Shown: positions 19,040-29,300 of the stretch, piece by piece | Layout: every line of letters starts with the position of its first letter | Position numbering within the stretch: position 1 is the stretch's first letter | Origin: Elusimicrobiota bacterium | GTDB taxonomy: Bacteria > Elusimicrobiota > JBDRON01 | Length of the DNA: 64,000 nucleotides | NCBI GenBank assembly: GCA_043810025.1 | Contig: JBDRON010000033.1 | Span: 3,431 to 67,430, forward strand | Reading direction: 5' to 3' | Notes under the pieces: generated by a model | Database searches by the model: none | What the model saw: the letters and a program-made list of their open reading frames with translations, nothing else | What the model was told of the DNA's origin: nothing | Program-made: the position numbers and the translations under genes

Positions 19040-20200
19040 TTAATAGCGGAAGATTGCGGAGATTAGGGATTGATCGGGTAACTGCCCGGGATGAACGGCG
19101 TAAACTGTTCCGCCGTGCAGCAAAGTGTGGAAGGCGGCCAGGTTTAACAAATCATCGTCGCCAGCGATTTCTTTGGGGTGAAGTTCGACCGCTTCGTTGA
19201 TCGAATCGAATATCCCCCATTTTTGAACACCAACGGCTACAAACAATGAATCAACTCTTCCATGGTGAGCGGCCGGGACAATTGATTCCAGTTTATTGGA
19301 AACTTTTTCCGTCTTCGCTAGTTGATTGTAGCGTTTCATCGCCTCTTCTTGTTTTCTTCTAAAAAACGGTTCAACTAACGGCCAGGCCAGAAAGCGCAAT
19401 TCTTCTGCCGTGAGCAACTCCGGATTGCCAGGAACGCTGTCTTCAACCAAATAAGGATAGGTGTTCACTTGCCGGTAAATCGACCCCTGATATTCAACAC
19501 AGGCCAAAACCAGAGGAGAGTGTGCTTCTTTTAAGAAATTATGCAGCCCTTGATTCACCTGCTGAAAAAAACGGCCAATATTGATTTTGAAATCATCAAT
19601 ATCTTCAGCCTGAAGATGACAGATAGATCCCCGCTTCCCGCCTTTCGTCATTCTCGACGATACCCCGCTGTGGAACTGCAGATGAGGTTCGTAAATATCA
19701 TGTTGGATGGTTTCGGCAAGACTTTCCGGCATTCCTTTTACTTTAATTTCCTGGCAACTGTATCGACTGCTTTGCAACAGCCTTACCTTGTTTTGGCTGA
19801 TCGCTAAGACATAGAACTGCCCATCATCCATAACTATGGGAAGAAGCGGCTTCAGATGAAAATGATTACTCACTACCACCAATTCTTCAAACACCAGCGG
19901 CAAACGATAATAGACAAGGGTTTCGGCCGATAAAAAAAAGGCCAGCCCATCGCCTTGATGCTGAAAAAAAAGCGTATCCCCCAATACTGCTTGAAGCGGC
20001 TTTAACATTTTTTCCACTTCAAGTTTAGGCACGCCTTTTTGGAGCAAAAAACCCTCCGCTTGCCTAAACATATTCTTAAATCTGATTTGATCATCCAAAG
20101 TATAAGTTACGCGCCGGTGAGTAGACAAATAAATTGAAACGCACCATCCTTTTTCTCTGGCAATTAATTCCTTAAGATCGGATTTTTGGATTAGGTCCAT
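19040..20200 (-). CDS. Hypothetical protein (386 aa), function unknown
   Basis: A long ORF with its own divergent promoter region shared with the ABC-2 permease gene. No motif I can name with confidence. Confidence 0.5.
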   Translation of the reverse strand: MDLIQKSDLKELIAREKGWCVSIYLSTHRRVTYTLDDQIRFKNMFRQAEGFLLQKGVPKLEVEKMLKPLQAVLGDTLFFQHQGDGLAFFLSAETLVYYRLPLVFEELVVVSNHFHLKPLLPIVMDDGQFYVLAISQNKVRLLQSSRYSCQEIKVKGMPESLAETIQHDIYEPHLQFHSGVSSRMTKGGKRGSICHLQAEDIDDFKINIGRFFQQVNQGLHNFLKEAHSPLVLACVEYQGSIYRQVNTYPYLVEDSVPGNPELLTAEELRFLAWPLVEPFFRRKQEEAMKRYNQLAKTEKVSNKLESIVPAAHHGRVDSLFVAVGVQKWGIFDSINEAVELHPKEIAGDDDLLNLAAFHTLLHGGTVYAVHPGQLPDQSLISAIFRY

Positions 20201-20377
20201 TATTTAGATCCTCCTCTGCCCCTATATCCTACCTTAATATTTTACCTTTATTACAAAAAATTATAAATTGGCTGGTTCTGCTTTTATTTGACTTTTTTCC
20301 ACCTTTTGTTTTTAGGTCAGGGATATCAGGATAAGGATTATTTGACACATTCCGACCAAATAAACTAAGATTAATCT

Positions 20378-21181
20378 ATGTTTAAAGCTTACTCTTTCCT
20401 AAAAAGAGATTTTTTAATTGAAAACAATTACCGGCTAAGTTTTCTTGCCCGAATTCTGGGTGTCTTTTTCAACTTAATCATTTTTTATTTTATCGCCAAA
20501 CTTCTGGACAGCTCAACACACCCGGCTCTGGCTGATTACGGCGGCAGCTATTTTGCTTTTGTGCTGATCGGCATCGCTTTTTCTCAATTAATGGGAATCA
20601 GCTTAAGTTCTTTTGCCAACTTTTTTGAACAGGAACAACTCTGGGGCACTCAGGAATCTGTTCTGGTTACCCCCACTCCCCTGGTTAAGCTGATCGTTTA
20701 TTCATCGTTGTGGTCAATATTATTGACCTCGGTAGAAATTTTACTTTATCTGTTTTTGGGCATATTTTTTTTTCGGCTCGATCTTAGCCAAGCCAACTGG
20801 CTGGGCTCTTTACCTTTTTTTGTGCTAACCTTGTTGGCCAACTGCCCCTTAGGAATTATTTCTGCCAGTTTTATTATCGTTTACAAACGCGGCGATCTTT
20901 CCGGTTGGCTGCTGAATAAAATTGTCCAATTTACCAGCGGGGTCTATTTCCCGATAGCGATTTTCCCCGGCTGGCTAAAAAAAATTTCCTTGTTTTTGCC
21001 TTTTACTTATACTTTGGAAGGCTTAAGGAAAACCTTGCTGACCAACGTTTCTTTGCGCACTCTCTATCCGGAACTAATAACCCTGACCTTGTTTTCCGCA
21101 ATCTTACTGCCGTTAAGTTTTTGGATCTTAAACCGGGCTTTGAAGAAAGCAAAACAAATGGGCAGTTTAGCTCAATACTAG
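20378..21181 (+). CDS. ABC-2 type exporter permease
   Basis: Six predicted TM helices in an ABC-2 family arrangement. It is followed by an ABC ATPase gene. Confidence 0.7.
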   Translation: MFKAYSFLKRDFLIENNYRLSFLARILGVFFNLIIFYFIAKLLDSSTHPALADYGGSYFAFVLIGIAFSQLMGISLSSFANFFEQEQLWGTQESVLVTPTPLVKLIVYSSLWSILLTSVEILLYLFLGIFFFRLDLSQANWLGSLPFFVLTLLANCPLGIISASFIIVYKRGDLSGWLLNKIVQFTSGVYFPIAIFPGWLKKISLFLPFTYTLEGLRKTLLTNVSLRTLYPELITLTLFSAILLPLSFWILNRALKKAKQMGSLAQY

Positions 21182-21205
21182 CAGCAATAAGTTAGGCAGG
21201 GAACG

Positions 21206-21232
21206 TCTATATGCGTTCCCTGCAACTTACAT
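21206..21232. repeat. CAGGGAACG-(loop)-CGTTCCCTG palindrome (REP-like family, copy 1)
   Basis: GCAGGGAACGTCTATATGCGTTCCCTGC lies between the ABC permease and ATPase genes. It shares its core with the palindrome at 26283..26306. Confidence 0.6.
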
Positions 21233-21244
21233 AGCAAGGGCATT

Positions 21245-22051
21245 TTGGAGCGAAACATGGAAACTTTGGCGTTGCAAATTACGGAAATCAGCAAGAAGTT
21301 TTCTAATCATCCCCGGCAAGTGCTGGAAAAAATAACGTTTTCTGTCCAACCGGGAGAAATCTTTGGTCTGCTTGGACCGAACGGCGCCGGTAAAACCACC
21401 TTATTGAAAATCTTAGCAACTTTAATTTTACCATCTTCTGGCGGGGCAAAAATAAACGGTTATGATTTAATTGCCCAGGAGGAAAAGATCAGATCATCAA
21501 TCGGCGTGGCCTGGGGAGACGACCGGAGTTTTTACTACCATTTAACCGGTGAAGAAAACCTCCAGTTTTTCGGCTCTCTCTATGGACTTTCCCGCCAACA
21601 GCTTAAACCGCGCATTCAGGAACTTTATCACTGTCTGAAACTGGATGCGGCAAAAGAAAGAAAATATCAGTATTTCTCCACCGGGATGCGTCAGAAACTC
21701 GGGCTGGCCCGAGCCGTATTGCCTAACCCCCCGATCCTTTTCATTGACGAACTGACCCGGGGAATTGATCCCTCCACCACAATTGAATTGCACCGCTGGA
21801 TCAAAAACGAGCTGGGGATAAAACAGAAGAAAACCATCCTGCTGACCACCCATTCTCTGGACGAAGCGCAAGCCGTATGCTCTAAACTGGCCATCCTCAA
21901 CCAGGGCCATATTTTTGCCCAGGGAAGTATCTCGGAAATACTTCAACAGGCCAGAGCCGAATCCCTTGCTGAGGTGTTTGGAAAATTGGAAGAGCAGGGA
22001 TCAAGGGATCAAGGGACCAAGGGGTCTAGGGGAAAGGAAACATTGAAATAA
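21245..22051 (+). CDS. ABC transporter ATP-binding protein
   Basis: Walker A is GPNGAGKTT, the signature FSTGMRQKL and Walker B ILFIDELT. Its 3' end overlaps the convergent nucleotidyltransferase gene by about 50 nt. Confidence 0.9.
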   Translation: MERNMETLALQITEISKKFSNHPRQVLEKITFSVQPGEIFGLLGPNGAGKTTLLKILATLILPSSGGAKINGYDLIAQEEKIRSSIGVAWGDDRSFYYHLTGEENLQFFGSLYGLSRQQLKPRIQELYHCLKLDAAKERKYQYFSTGMRQKLGLARAVLPNPPILFIDELTRGIDPSTTIELHRWIKNELGIKQKKTILLTTHSLDEAQAVCSKLAILNQGHIFAQGSISEILQQARAESLAEVFGKLEEQGSRDQGTKGSRGKETLK

Positions 22052-22936
22052 AATTTTAAAACCTTTAAACACCAAAGATATTGGTCGGTAGAGATAGAGG
22101 AAAGGAAGCATTAAACAGGAAGATTGATACCGGCGAAGAACGAAGACCGGCGCAGGGAAAAGAAATTTTATCAGAAAATTTAGCTTAAAGAAAAAACCGG
22201 GAATAATCATCGGGCGAAGCAAATGCCCGATATCGCCCACCGGAGCGGAACGCCAAACCCGCGATAAGATTTTTTTTTGCCAACCGGGAATTTTGACCCA
22301 ACTAAGCCGTTCGATAGAGGTAGTAATTTTTTCACACAATTCATCAGAAAACCCCACCTCTATTTTTTGTACCCTGGTCAGAACCTCCCGCAGCGAAAAA
22401 GCCAAATTGTATAACTTGGCCTGCCGATACAATTCTTCCCAATCTAAATTATATTTTTTAATGATCAGAGCGCAATCCATCAGCCATTTATCCTCTAACC
22501 AACCATGATGAATCGCCGCGTGAGCCACAATAAAAATCAGGTTATCCTGAGGACCAAGGCTCCGGGCCTCCACCCCGTCGATTTCGAACAGAAGCGCCCG
22601 GGACCAAAGTTGTTCCAGATTTTTTTTACTCAGGTACCAAATTTCCGTATGCAAATCGATGGCCACCGGACAGCCGGGGCGAATAAAATTCAACTCCCCG
22701 CAGGGTAGAACCTGATAGTTCAGCCGCGCTAAAACCCGTTCAATGTCCGGAAGATCTTTTTTCTGAATTAACAAATCCAGATCGTCTATTGGACGCAGGC
22801 CGGGAGCATAAACTGTTTCCCTTAACGCCGCCCCCTTCAGCACAATGGATTCAATCGCATCTTTGGCAAACTCCCCCAGCAATTCCCTAACTTGCCAGTC
22901 AATCAGAAGCTCCCGGCCGATATCTTCCCTATTCAT
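22001..22936 (-). CDS. Nucleotidyltransferase-fold protein (PF14907-like uncharacterised NTase)
   Basis: VLKGAALRETVYAPGLRPIDDLDLLI carries the G[SA]...DxD pol-beta-type motif. It lies 19 nt downstream of the PorV-like gene. Confidence 0.6.
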   Translation of the reverse strand: MNREDIGRELLIDWQVRELLGEFAKDAIESIVLKGAALRETVYAPGLRPIDDLDLLIQKKDLPDIERVLARLNYQVLPCGELNFIRPGCPVAIDLHTEIWYLSKKNLEQLWSRALLFEIDGVEARSLGPQDNLIFIVAHAAIHHGWLEDKWLMDCALIIKKYNLDWEELYRQAKLYNLAFSLREVLTRVQKIEVGFSDELCEKITTSIERLSWVKIPGWQKKILSRVWRSAPVGDIGHLLRPMIIPGFFFKLNFLIKFLFPAPVFVLRRYQSSCLMLPFLYLYRPISLVFKGFKILFQCFLSPRPLGPLIP

Positions 22937-22954
22937 ACCTAATTATAGCAAATT

Positions 22955-24562
22955 CTACTTCTCTCCGGCAATCACCAGAATCATCCCTTTTTTGATCTTG
23001 ACGGAGTAGAGGAAAGCATCTTCCTGTTCTTCCATTATATTTAGCTTTAAAAACCGGCATTCTTTTTCTGCGGTTGTATAATAGAGAACAATTTTGTCCG
23101 CCATGATCTTGTTTTCCGCCAGCCAGGATTTGCTAATTTTCAAGTGTAAAATTGAATTCTTTATCTCCAAAGGGGAATCAAACTTATAAACACTGTGCAC
23201 CACCGCCGCCTGACCAATCAAACCGTTAAGTTCTTCCGGCGGGGCAGGTAATTGCTCCAAAGCCAAATTGAGCGGGCAATCTTTTCCCAGCCGTTGACGC
23301 GTTAAGAAACTCAGTTGAACCAGCAAGGGATCGTCAAAAGATATTTTCACCTCCGACTCGATGGCTTGAGGTGAAATCCTCAACGGTTTAATTTTAATAT
23401 CTTTGCTCACCGCCTTTTGGTTACCGGCTTCCGACCCTTGCTTATCCGGCAAAACATTTTTTTCTTCTACCTTGGCCGCCGCACAGACCGGTTTTTGCCG
23501 GAAAGATTCCTTCTCCACTTTTTGACCGAACCGGGCGGAAAGAGAAAACCGATAAGTGTTCCCCAAAATACCCTGGGGTAAAAAAGCAAAATCAAATTGA
23601 TAATTGCTAATCCTCAGTCCGATTCCCGTAGATAATCCGGAAAGATCGCCTAAATCGTTGCCGTACAGTTTATAACGGTAACCGGCGCGCAGCGCCAGCT
23701 GTTTAAACCAATATTCTCCGCCCGCTGTTACCTTTGTATAATTATCGATGGATTGCGCTAAATCCAGGGAAAAAACCATCCTTTCCTTTAATGGCCGCCA
23801 GGCCATCCCCAGTTGCGCGGTTAACGGCAGATTGTAACTGCGGCTAACCACCTTCAAGGCTGGGCCAAAATTTCGGATCGCCCCACCCCAACTGATCTGG
23901 CGCCAAAAATTTCCCCAAGCCAGGGGACTGCGGGCAATAAAACCGGCATCCAAACCGACACTTGTTCCGCTTTGATTATCGATTTCCTGCCGGATAATTT
24001 TTAAATTCAGGCCGCCGGACAGAGAGCGGTTAAACTGATAGCCATAACTAAGACCGGCGGCAAAATCGTTGGCGCCGAAACTGCCTTCCGATTCCGTCAA
24101 CGGCTCCTCCGGAATATTCTCATTATCCCCGCTGCGCCGCTCCAGATCCTTGGGATAAAACAACCCGGTCAAGCCAAAACCCCAAACATCCCTGGTCCGC
24201 GGATAAACATATCCCAGGAAATCATGCTGTAAATCCTGGAACCATTGATTGTGCATCGCCGATACTTCCTGCTGCCGTATCCGGTTAAGCCCGGCCGGAT
24301 TGGCAAAAACAGCGCTGGGATCGTCACAAACTGCCGCCGCATTCCCCCCCATACCGCCGGCCCGCGCCCCGACAATTAGTTTCAGAAAAGCAGCGCTGGT
24401 CGAACCAGCCGCCTGATGCACCCGGGCGGCTTCGGCGAAAGTAAAAAACAGTCCAAGCAAAATTAAAACAAAAACCGGCTGTTTGCCCTTACCCCAGACC
24501 ACTTTGAAGATATTGGCAACCAGCCGGTAAATAAATTTAAAATAAGATTTATCTTTGCGCAT
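22955..24562 (-). CDS. PorV/PorQ-family (T9SS-associated) outer-membrane beta-barrel protein with C-terminal extension
   Basis: A signal/TM segment is followed by LKLIVGARAGGMGGNAAAVCDDPSAVFANPAGL, matching the PorV/LptO N-terminal signature, and by beta-strand-rich sequence. An extra ~150-aa C-terminal domain is present. Confidence 0.5.
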   Translation of the reverse strand: MRKDKSYFKFIYRLVANIFKVVWGKGKQPVFVLILLGLFFTFAEAARVHQAAGSTSAAFLKLIVGARAGGMGGNAAAVCDDPSAVFANPAGLNRIRQQEVSAMHNQWFQDLQHDFLGYVYPRTRDVWGFGLTGLFYPKDLERRSGDNENIPEEPLTESEGSFGANDFAAGLSYGYQFNRSLSGGLNLKIIRQEIDNQSGTSVGLDAGFIARSPLAWGNFWRQISWGGAIRNFGPALKVVSRSYNLPLTAQLGMAWRPLKERMVFSLDLAQSIDNYTKVTAGGEYWFKQLALRAGYRYKLYGNDLGDLSGLSTGIGLRISNYQFDFAFLPQGILGNTYRFSLSARFGQKVEKESFRQKPVCAAAKVEEKNVLPDKQGSEAGNQKAVSKDIKIKPLRISPQAIESEVKISFDDPLLVQLSFLTRQRLGKDCPLNLALEQLPAPPEELNGLIGQAAVVHSVYKFDSPLEIKNSILHLKISKSWLAENKIMADKIVLYYTTAEKECRFLKLNIMEEQEDAFLYSVKIKKGMILVIAGEK

Positions 24563-24824
24563 ATTTTATTTCGGCAACCCGGCGACCGTGCCCCGGTTCT
24601 TCATCGAAGTTTAGGCCCGTAGCTTTGCGTCCCCGCCTTTCGACGAGTTTGCTATTATCGGTAAAAATAACTAATCTACTTTCAGACCCACCATATATAT
24701 AACATAAATCTCTGAAAAGTCAAGCTAAAAATTTAATATTAAGTTGTATTGTTTATATTACAAGGATAGAGGTAAGCTGTTTAGTTCTCATTGAGTAAAG
24801 ACGGTTCGAGATTGCTCAAAAAAT

Positions 24825-24953
24825 GTAACAGATTAGCTCCCAATAGTAATTCGTCGAGATCTTGTGTAGCCCTTTCTGGTGGCACAGGCTTCCAGCCTGT
24901 GCCACCAGAACAAGCCCCTGCACTGCTGGGAGCTAACCTGTTACGTTTTTTTT
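24825..24953 (-). terminator. Nested-hairpin terminator (18-bp outer IR + 12-bp inner GC hairpin + T8/A-tract), bidirectional
   Basis: The outer arms are GTAACAGATTAGCTCCCA (24825..24842) and TGGGAGCTAACCTGTTAC (24927..24944). The inner hairpin GGTGGCACAGGC-ttcca-GCCTGTGCCACC is at 24878..24906. T8 follows at 24946..24953. It lies downstream of the AAA ATPase gene. Confidence 0.6.
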
Positions 24954-25023
24954 AATGCAGAACGGCCAGCTTTTTCATTACTTCGGCTTTATTGTTGGCG
25001 GAACGGGCTTGCAGATGGCAGGT
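24953..25023 (-). pseudogene. Remnant 3' fragment of a T9SS C-terminal sorting domain gene (encodes ...HLQARSANNKAEVMKKLAVLH*)
   Basis: About 70 nt are near-identical to the last 23 codons plus stop of the intact cargo gene at 26364..26430 (...YHLEARSAHGKAEVMKKLAVLH*). No upstream ORF exists. It abuts and overlaps the last codons of the AAA ATPase gene. Confidence 0.65.
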
Positions 25024-26151
25024 TTATCGCCTTAGAATCCATTCTGAAAACCAGATATCGGAAAATATAAACTTTTTCCCGGCCTTTTCTAAAATATCTT
25101 TTTTTTCCAACAATTTTAACGAAGTCATTACTGTCGAGCGCGCATGCATCTGATAACGGATAATAAACTCCTGTGATGACGGGTTTTCCATTACCCCGCG
25201 CGCAATTCCCTCAAGCAACCGTTGCTGCGTGGAAGGCAGCAATTCCCAAAGCGCGCCATATACATGCCCACTCTCATCCACTATAGATTCAATCGCTTCT
25301 TCTAACGTTTCCTTTTCAATTTTAACCGCCCCAACGTTTAGCTCCCATATCTTATGACAAAGGCTCTGCACATAGTACGGTATATTTTGGGCTTTTTGGA
25401 TTATTTTTCTTATGACCAAATCATCTAATAGTATTTTGCTTTGACCAAATTTTTCTTTAATATATTTAACCCACTCCTCTTCGCCAATTTTATCCAAATA
25501 AACAACCGGCCCGCTATGGTAAAATGCCCTGTTTTTTTTGCTGACCATATCGGTAAGCATCGATTTCTTGGATCCGCTAAATACATACCCGACATTTTCT
25601 TGCCCCTGGATTACTGCTCTTAAATATTTTTCAAGCTGCTCTCCGCCAATCTTTACAATCTCCTGAAACTCGTCAATCATAATGGCTACCCGGCATTTAT
25701 TTTTTTCGGCAATTTTTTGGGATTTCTCCATTAATGTTTCCAGAAGATGATATACTTCCTGTTCGCGGGGTTTTGCATCAATCTCCATGGACAGAGAACC
25801 GTTTTTATCGATGCTAAACTGAGGCCTGAGAGACGCTATCCATTCCCCGACTAGTTTTATCGTCCTTTCCACTGTAGTTACTTCAAGCGATGCTAATGAA
25901 CGGGCATATTGAGCAACAAATTGCTCAATTGACGAACATTTGAATAGATCGATATAGGCAACACGGGTTTTCTTTTTCTTAAGTTCTTCAGATACTTTTT
26001 TTAATAAAGATGATTTCCCATAGCGCCTGCTGGATATTAAAAAAACAATCTGCCCATTAAGCAGTTTTTCGGCTAAATCAGCCTTCTCTTTTTCACGATT
26101 TACGAAGCTGTCGCCGACAACTATTTTACCATAAATAAATGGATTTTCCAT
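25024..26151 (-). CDS. AAA-family ATPase (Arch_ATPase/DUF234-like)
   Basis: Walker A is SSRRYGKSSL and Walker B IMIDEFQE, in an Arch_ATPase-like layout. It has its own promoter (TTGACA-17-TATAAA at 26239..26211 on the minus strand) and its own terminator. Confidence 0.7.
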   Translation of the reverse strand: MENPFIYGKIVVGDSFVNREKEKADLAEKLLNGQIVFLISSRRYGKSSLLKKVSEELKKKKTRVAYIDLFKCSSIEQFVAQYARSLASLEVTTVERTIKLVGEWIASLRPQFSIDKNGSLSMEIDAKPREQEVYHLLETLMEKSQKIAEKNKCRVAIMIDEFQEIVKIGGEQLEKYLRAVIQGQENVGYVFSGSKKSMLTDMVSKKNRAFYHSGPVVYLDKIGEEEWVKYIKEKFGQSKILLDDLVIRKIIQKAQNIPYYVQSLCHKIWELNVGAVKIEKETLEEAIESIVDESGHVYGALWELLPSTQQRLLEGIARGVMENPSSQEFIIRYQMHARSTVMTSLKLLEKKDILEKAGKKFIFSDIWFSEWILRR

Positions 26152-26282
26152 CTACACCTCCGTCCCTATCAACTGATGCATAAATATATAACCTATTTAT
26201 AGGACACCTATTTATACAACATATCTTATTTTCTGTCAAGCGCGGTGTTTTCCGTCATTCCGCCCTCGAATAGCACAGGTAG

Positions 26283-26306
26283 GGAACGGTCGCGACCGTT
26301 CCCTGC
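26283..26306. repeat. GGGAACGGTCGCGACCGTTCCC perfect palindrome (REP-like family, copy 2)
   Basis: A 22-bp perfect palindrome followed by TGCAA, the same core as 21206..21232. It lies about 60 nt downstream of the 1164-aa cargo gene stop. Confidence 0.6.
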
Positions 26307-26363
26307 AATGTCTAAAATATGAAGAGGTTTCTTGTCAAATTACGTAAACTATCAGGGTTTTAT

Positions 26364-29300
26364 CTAATGCAGAACGGCCAACTTTTTCATCACTTCGGCT
26401 TTGCCGTGAGCGGAACGGGCTTCCAGATGGTAGATGTAGACGCCGCTGGCGATGTTTTTGATTTCCCAGACTGTTTCGGAGACCAGGCCGGCTTCACCGC
26501 CGCCTTTTAACTCGGCCACCTTTTCTCCGGCAACATTGTAAACATCAATCGACACATCGGCTTTTTCGCCGAGGTAATATTTAAAAGTTACGCTGCCGCC
26601 TTTGGCCGGGTTGGGATAGGTATAGACCGATTTCTTGTCTAACAGATCACCTGACGCCAAAAACTCCATTACCCGATAGATGGAGAAATGGCTGACTTTA
26701 GCGCTGACTTTTTTATTGCTTCGGTCCACCTGGGAAGTATTGATAATCGTCCATTTGTTTTTTTCCGTATTCCAGTAATAAAGCCGTAAATTTTCTTCCT
26801 TCATCCGGCTCAAATCCACTTCCTGATAAGGTAGTTTGATCGTCACCAATTTCTTGAACTTTATTTCGGCATTGCTCTCTACAAATTCCCGAACTTGGGC
26901 AACCGATTTATTTTGCAGCTGGACCCGCTGGTTTTCGGTTAACAAAGAAAAATCCCGGACCACGTTGGTGGCCCGCACCTTGGCCGAAATCCCGGTCTCC
27001 GCATACTCGCCGGCAGAAAGTTTTTTCACCAGCACCCAATATTTTTCACCGGCCGGGAAACTCCCCTTCTCAAAACTTACCTCCGTACCGTCCTCAAGCA
27101 GAAGATTCCCCTCCTCGTCTGGATTGATGGGCAGCCAATTGTTCAGCGGGGTGATCTTGGCCAAATTAGAAGGGGGTGATTCCTGCCACTGATCATAAGC
27201 GCGCACCAAATAATAATATTCTTCACCGGCATTCAATCCGCTATCCTGATAATTTTGACGGCCTTTGGTTAAAGAAACCACTAAAGAAAAACTCCCCAGG
27301 GCGGCGTTGGTACTGCGGTAAACCCGGTAACCGGCGACATCGTCAGCGCCGCTTCCATCGTCGGCGGATTTCTGCCAACTCAAATTAACCGCGCTGCCAA
27401 AATCTTCCGCCACATCGGAAGCCGCCAAATTCTGCGGAGCGGCCGGCAAGGTCAAATCCACCTGGGCGCTGGCCGACCCGAGATTGGAGTTAGCGCTCCA
27501 ATTCGACGCATTATCCACACTGCGCAGACAAAAATAGCAGGTCACCCCTTCCTTTAACCCGCTCACCACTTCCGTTTCCGCAAATCCCGCCTCCCCTCCG
27601 GTTAACCGTAGACTTTGCCAAACCTCAGCCAGCGTAAAATAGCTCTCCCAATAAAAATTAGCATCAACCGTGTAACGAATATTATAAGACACCGCTTTCC
27701 CGGTCACTCCGTCATCGCCCGGGGCCGTCCAGCTCAAAACTACTTCACCGGCGGACTCACCGGTGCGGACAACCAGGTCAGTAATCGCCGCCGGTGGCTC
27801 CAGATCGGCTCCGGCATAAGGGAAAGTATGCACTTCTCCGGAGAAAGGGCTCTGGTTGTTCCAGACATCCGTGGCTTGGAGTTTAAAATAATAAGTCAGA
27901 TCGTTTGTCAGTTCTGTCTGAAGATAATTGTTTACCGGATGATAAAGCAAGGTTAAATATTGGTAATTCAGGTTATCGGTAGACCGATAAATCAGATAGG
28001 CGCGAATATCCAGTTCGCTGTTCAAATCCCAGCTCAGATTAAGTTTTCCGTCCCCGGGTACGGCTAAAACATTTTTCGGCGCTGAGGGCGGCTGGTTGTC
28101 CAGAGCGATCCCCTCTTTTTCGCTAGAGTTCGCCGAATACCAGACCCCATCGTAACTACGCATTTGGTAATAAAAGGGCTGGCCGGTCAACACGGAACTA
28201 TCCTGGTAAAAAGTTGTTCCGGCCGGCAGAATCGCGTAAGGTTGGCCATAGTTATAGCTGCCGGAAACAGTAGAACGATAAATCAAATATTCCTGCAGAT
28301 CGTTATCGTTATCCCCATCATCGATAGACTTGCTCCAGAGTAAATTAATTACCCCGCCTTCATCGAGAAGATTATCCACTACCGTCAGTTCTTGCGGCGG
28401 CGCCGGCGGTAAATTTATTTGGACTATAGCAGCAGTTGTCGTATCATCGCCGGAAGCCGGCAGTTCGTTCACAGTAAGTTTCAGGGTGTAGAGCCCATCA
28501 AGGACCTCGGTCAGCGGCCAATTGACCAGAAGACCGTTATCCACGGACATCGTCGAGTAAATAATCTCCGTCCACTGCGCGGGATTTTCTCCGGCTCCGT
28601 ATTCCAGCAGATAGCTGGAAAAATTCGGGCCAAACGCCGAACCGCGAATATTGATCTTTTCCACATTCCCAGAAAAAAGTTCCCCGCTGGCCGGACTGCT
28701 GATCGCCGAAACCCGTTCCGCTTTAAAGGCATAAATATGTCCGTCTTTCGTTCCGATATAAAGCCAGCCGTTGGCAATACAGGGAGAAGAAGCAAGGGAT
28801 GTCCCCAAATTTTTGCTGACCACCTCCGTCCCGTCACCAGCCTTCAACACATAAAGATTGCCGTCCGGCGAGGCGGCATAAACAAGATCGTTAACCACTG
28901 CCGGTGAGGGAAGAAATCCGATATCCGTGGCGTTACCCAAACTTTTCTGCCAGATAACGCTTCCGTTAGCGGCTGACAAGGCAAAAAGTTTGACCGGTGA
29001 AAACCCGCTCAGCAAATACACCCGGCCGCGAGCGGCCGCCGGCGAAGAAACATTAGTGGATTGAACAGAAAAATCCGGCGTGGTCCAGCCGGAAAGCATC
29101 GTCCCCTTATTGATATCCAAAGCATAGAGTTTCCGATCGTCATCGCCGGGCAGGCAATAAACCACCCCGTTCTCTACCGCCGGCGAAGAAAAGAAAATGC
29201 TCCCCTGGGTCGAAAAACTCCAGAGTGACTGTCCGTTGGCCGAATCCAGACAATAAAATTTTCCGTCATTGGCGCCGGCAAAAAGTTTATTGCCGCTGAC

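Noticed and set aside
22001-22051. 51-nt overlap between the convergent ABC ATPase and NTase gene ends, which might indicate a mis-called stop
   Set aside because: Both C-terminal extensions are plausible, and convergent overlaps occur. The ABC ATPase C-terminal tail (…GSRDQGTKGSRGKETLK) is low-complexity, so its true stop could be earlier. Without homology data I left the coordinates as given.
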